A stretch of 64,000 bases of DNA from Hydrolagus colliei. Taxonomy: Eukaryota. Position 1 is the first letter of the stretch. Each line of letters begins with the position of its first letter. The notes beneath the pieces are model-generated. The model was given only the letters and a program-made list of their open reading frames with translations, searched no databases and was not told the origin of the DNA. The stretch covers positions 1,550,001 through 1,614,000 of the forward strand of contig CM068756.1 in the NCBI GenBank assembly GCA_035084275.1, in the 5' to 3' direction. Positions 62,295 through 64,000 of the stretch are shown here, piece after piece. The translations under genes and the position numbers were made by a program.

Positions 62295-62321
62295 GCTGGC
62301 TGGCTGGCTGGCTGGCTGGCT
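62295..62321. repeat. (GCTG)n tetranucleotide microsatellite
   Basis: GCTGGCTGGCTGGCTGGCTGGCTGGCT. Confidence 0.95.
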
Positions 62322-62679
62322 CTCAGACAAGGGGATATAGAAAAAGTACGAGTGGAACATGCAATGCACACACTGCGTCTAGATAATGATTCAGAGACTT
62401 TGTGCAATGCAAGTTAGTGACTCGGAACAAAAATAGTCCATTCACATTGGTGCATCTCACTACCTCACAGCTGGCCAGCCCGTCAAGACAGAAATGTCCC
62501 AGACAGAAAGGAGGTTTGGTATAGTTTCCTGCAGCTGGTTTGCATTTTTTTAAGAAACATTTTGATATTTGTACTATTTTTTCTTTAATCTTACAATGCA
62601 TTGAAAAGGTTTACGTCACAGTGTGCAATAATCACTGTTATTTTCCTGCGTTTGCTTGTCCCCTTAGAAAGACGCTCAT

Positions 62680-62930
62680 AGCAACAACAACAACAACAAA
62701 ATAGCATCTTACATGTCAGGAAGGCCTCCTAAGGCTTTCCTGGACAGTCAACGTTTCAGACCCGAGCTGGGGTTGCGGACGGGAAGGGTGGAGGGAAAGG
62801 GGGGATTTGGGGTGACAGACGGGACAGTCGAAGAGGAGGGTCCTGGCGAGGGTAGGGAGGGGGGCAAGGCAAAGGGACTGCGGGATGGAGTTCCAGAGGT
62901 TGGAAGCAGAGAGAGAGAAAAAAGGAGAGA
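62680..62930 (-). mobile_element. L2 LINE 3' end (ORF2 C-terminus, UTR and (TTG)n tail)
   Basis: ORF 62716..62952(-) contains FSLSASNLWNSIPQSL...RTLLF, matching the L2 ORF2 terminal motif FS...P.LWNSLP..L...KT.LF. Ends in (AAC)n on the + strand. Confidence 0.8.
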
Positions 62931-63081
62931 AAGAGAGCACACAGACACACAAGTCTAATTTACCCCGGTGAAATATTGTTGATAAGCTATTTGCTGTTTA
63001 AAAATGTAATGTACCAGATTGTCACTAATACATCAAAGCATGTCATTTGAAATATTGCCCTCTTATTGGATCATAATACTG

Positions 63082-63148
63082 TAATAATAATCCTTGCATT
63101 TGATGTAGCGCCTTTCATGTTGGGAGGACATCACAAAGCGCTTCACAC
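63082..63148 (-). mobile_element. SINE 3' tail
   Basis: TAATAATAATCCTTGCATTTGATGTAGCGCCTTTCATGTTGGGAGGACATCACAAAGCGCTTCAC. Confidence 0.85.
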
Positions 63149-64000
63149 GGTATGTGTAAAGCATATGCATAATACCCTGTGCCTACATATAAAAATGTTG
63201 CTACACTTGACAGTAATTATTGGTGACGCACTTAGAGATGTTTCAATGTGGGAAAGGGCTATAAAAATGCTAATTCTTTCTCTAATTTTCAAAAAACAAT
63301 TTGAATTTTGGGATCAATACTAAAAAATGTTTTTAGCTGATGGACCCGATGTGAATATACTGTGGTTGAACCCAATCAATATGAAAAAAAAACTTATTTG
63401 TGCATTTAATAATGAAATCAGGTCATGTCAATAGTTGCGGGTGATGGACCCAATGATCAGCAGCGCGATCTGATACTAGGAACGTATATAGAGAACAGCT
63501 TTCACTGCATTCACTTTCACTCAGCTCAGTGCAATCAGTCTGGGGCTCCATCCCTACCAGAGATAGCTAACAGTTACCCACTGTTGCTTAAGTAGCACAT
63601 GCAACGCCATGTGTTAAAGCAATCAATGGTATCTATTAATTATCATCGAATGCACTGTTTATTGCTTATTAAATAATCTGCTCACATGGAGCTTTATAAA
63701 AAGTAATTACAAATTTCCTTCTGTTCAAACCTATCCACACACTAAAAAAAAACTTAAAACAAATCTACATTTAGTCCCGTATTGTACAAAACGTTGGGCA
63801 TTGCAATATACCAACCAGATGCAGATATTTAAATTTTTTAAAAAATGTTCCCTCTTAATTGGAATTTCTTTCTGCCTCTCCTCAAGACTCCTGCCCCCTC
63901 TATTCAGGTTTAATTTGTCATTTGTTTTAAGTCGATCTTCCTTCTATCGCTCCAAAACTCGATAGTCTTCTTCCATCTAATCTTTCTCCGATTGTTCTGA

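Noticed and set aside
1-64000. Prokaryotic operon, defence system or CRISPR array
   Set aside because: No ORF exceeds 185 aa and gene density is not prokaryotic. The recurring repeats are dispersed, variably oriented retroposon tails, not regularly spaced repeat-spacer units.

Overview
This is AT-rich eukaryotic DNA, apparently vertebrate, not prokaryotic: there are no operons, long ORFs, CRISPR arrays or intact rRNA/tRNA genes. The repeats are tRNA-headed Deu-domain SINEs ending ...AAGCGCTATATCAAATGCAAGGATT(ATT)n, L2 3' ends with (TTG)n tails, and CR1 3' ends of the type GGCCTCCTTCTGTGCTGTA...(ATGATT)n. That complement points to a cartilaginous fish, plausibly a holocephalan such as Callorhinchus milii (inference, not verified). 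I cannot confidently identify any protein-coding gene. Apart from a few LINE ORF2 remnants (e.g. 62716-62952), the ORF track is consistent with chance ORFs, low-complexity tracts and an assembly gap. The window looks like a large intron or gene desert. It has repeat-poor blocks rich in homeodomain, TALE, SOX and TCF motifs (about 11.0-11.6, 29.7-33.0, 48.3-49.0 and 52.7-53.6 kb) that resemble conserved developmental enhancers. The best-supported oddities are an 80-bp MITE with a 3-bp TSD, a perfect 43-bp palindrome flanked by a 4-bp direct repeat, an L2 fragment nested in a SINE tail with an expanded G-quadruplex-prone array, and a mosaic tRNA/CORE-like/Deu/L2-tail SINE. Weaker leads are a phase-consistent chain of candidate + strand exons, a degenerate 5S-like head and a miR-153-seed hairpin. 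I found no evidence for a novel multi-gene system.
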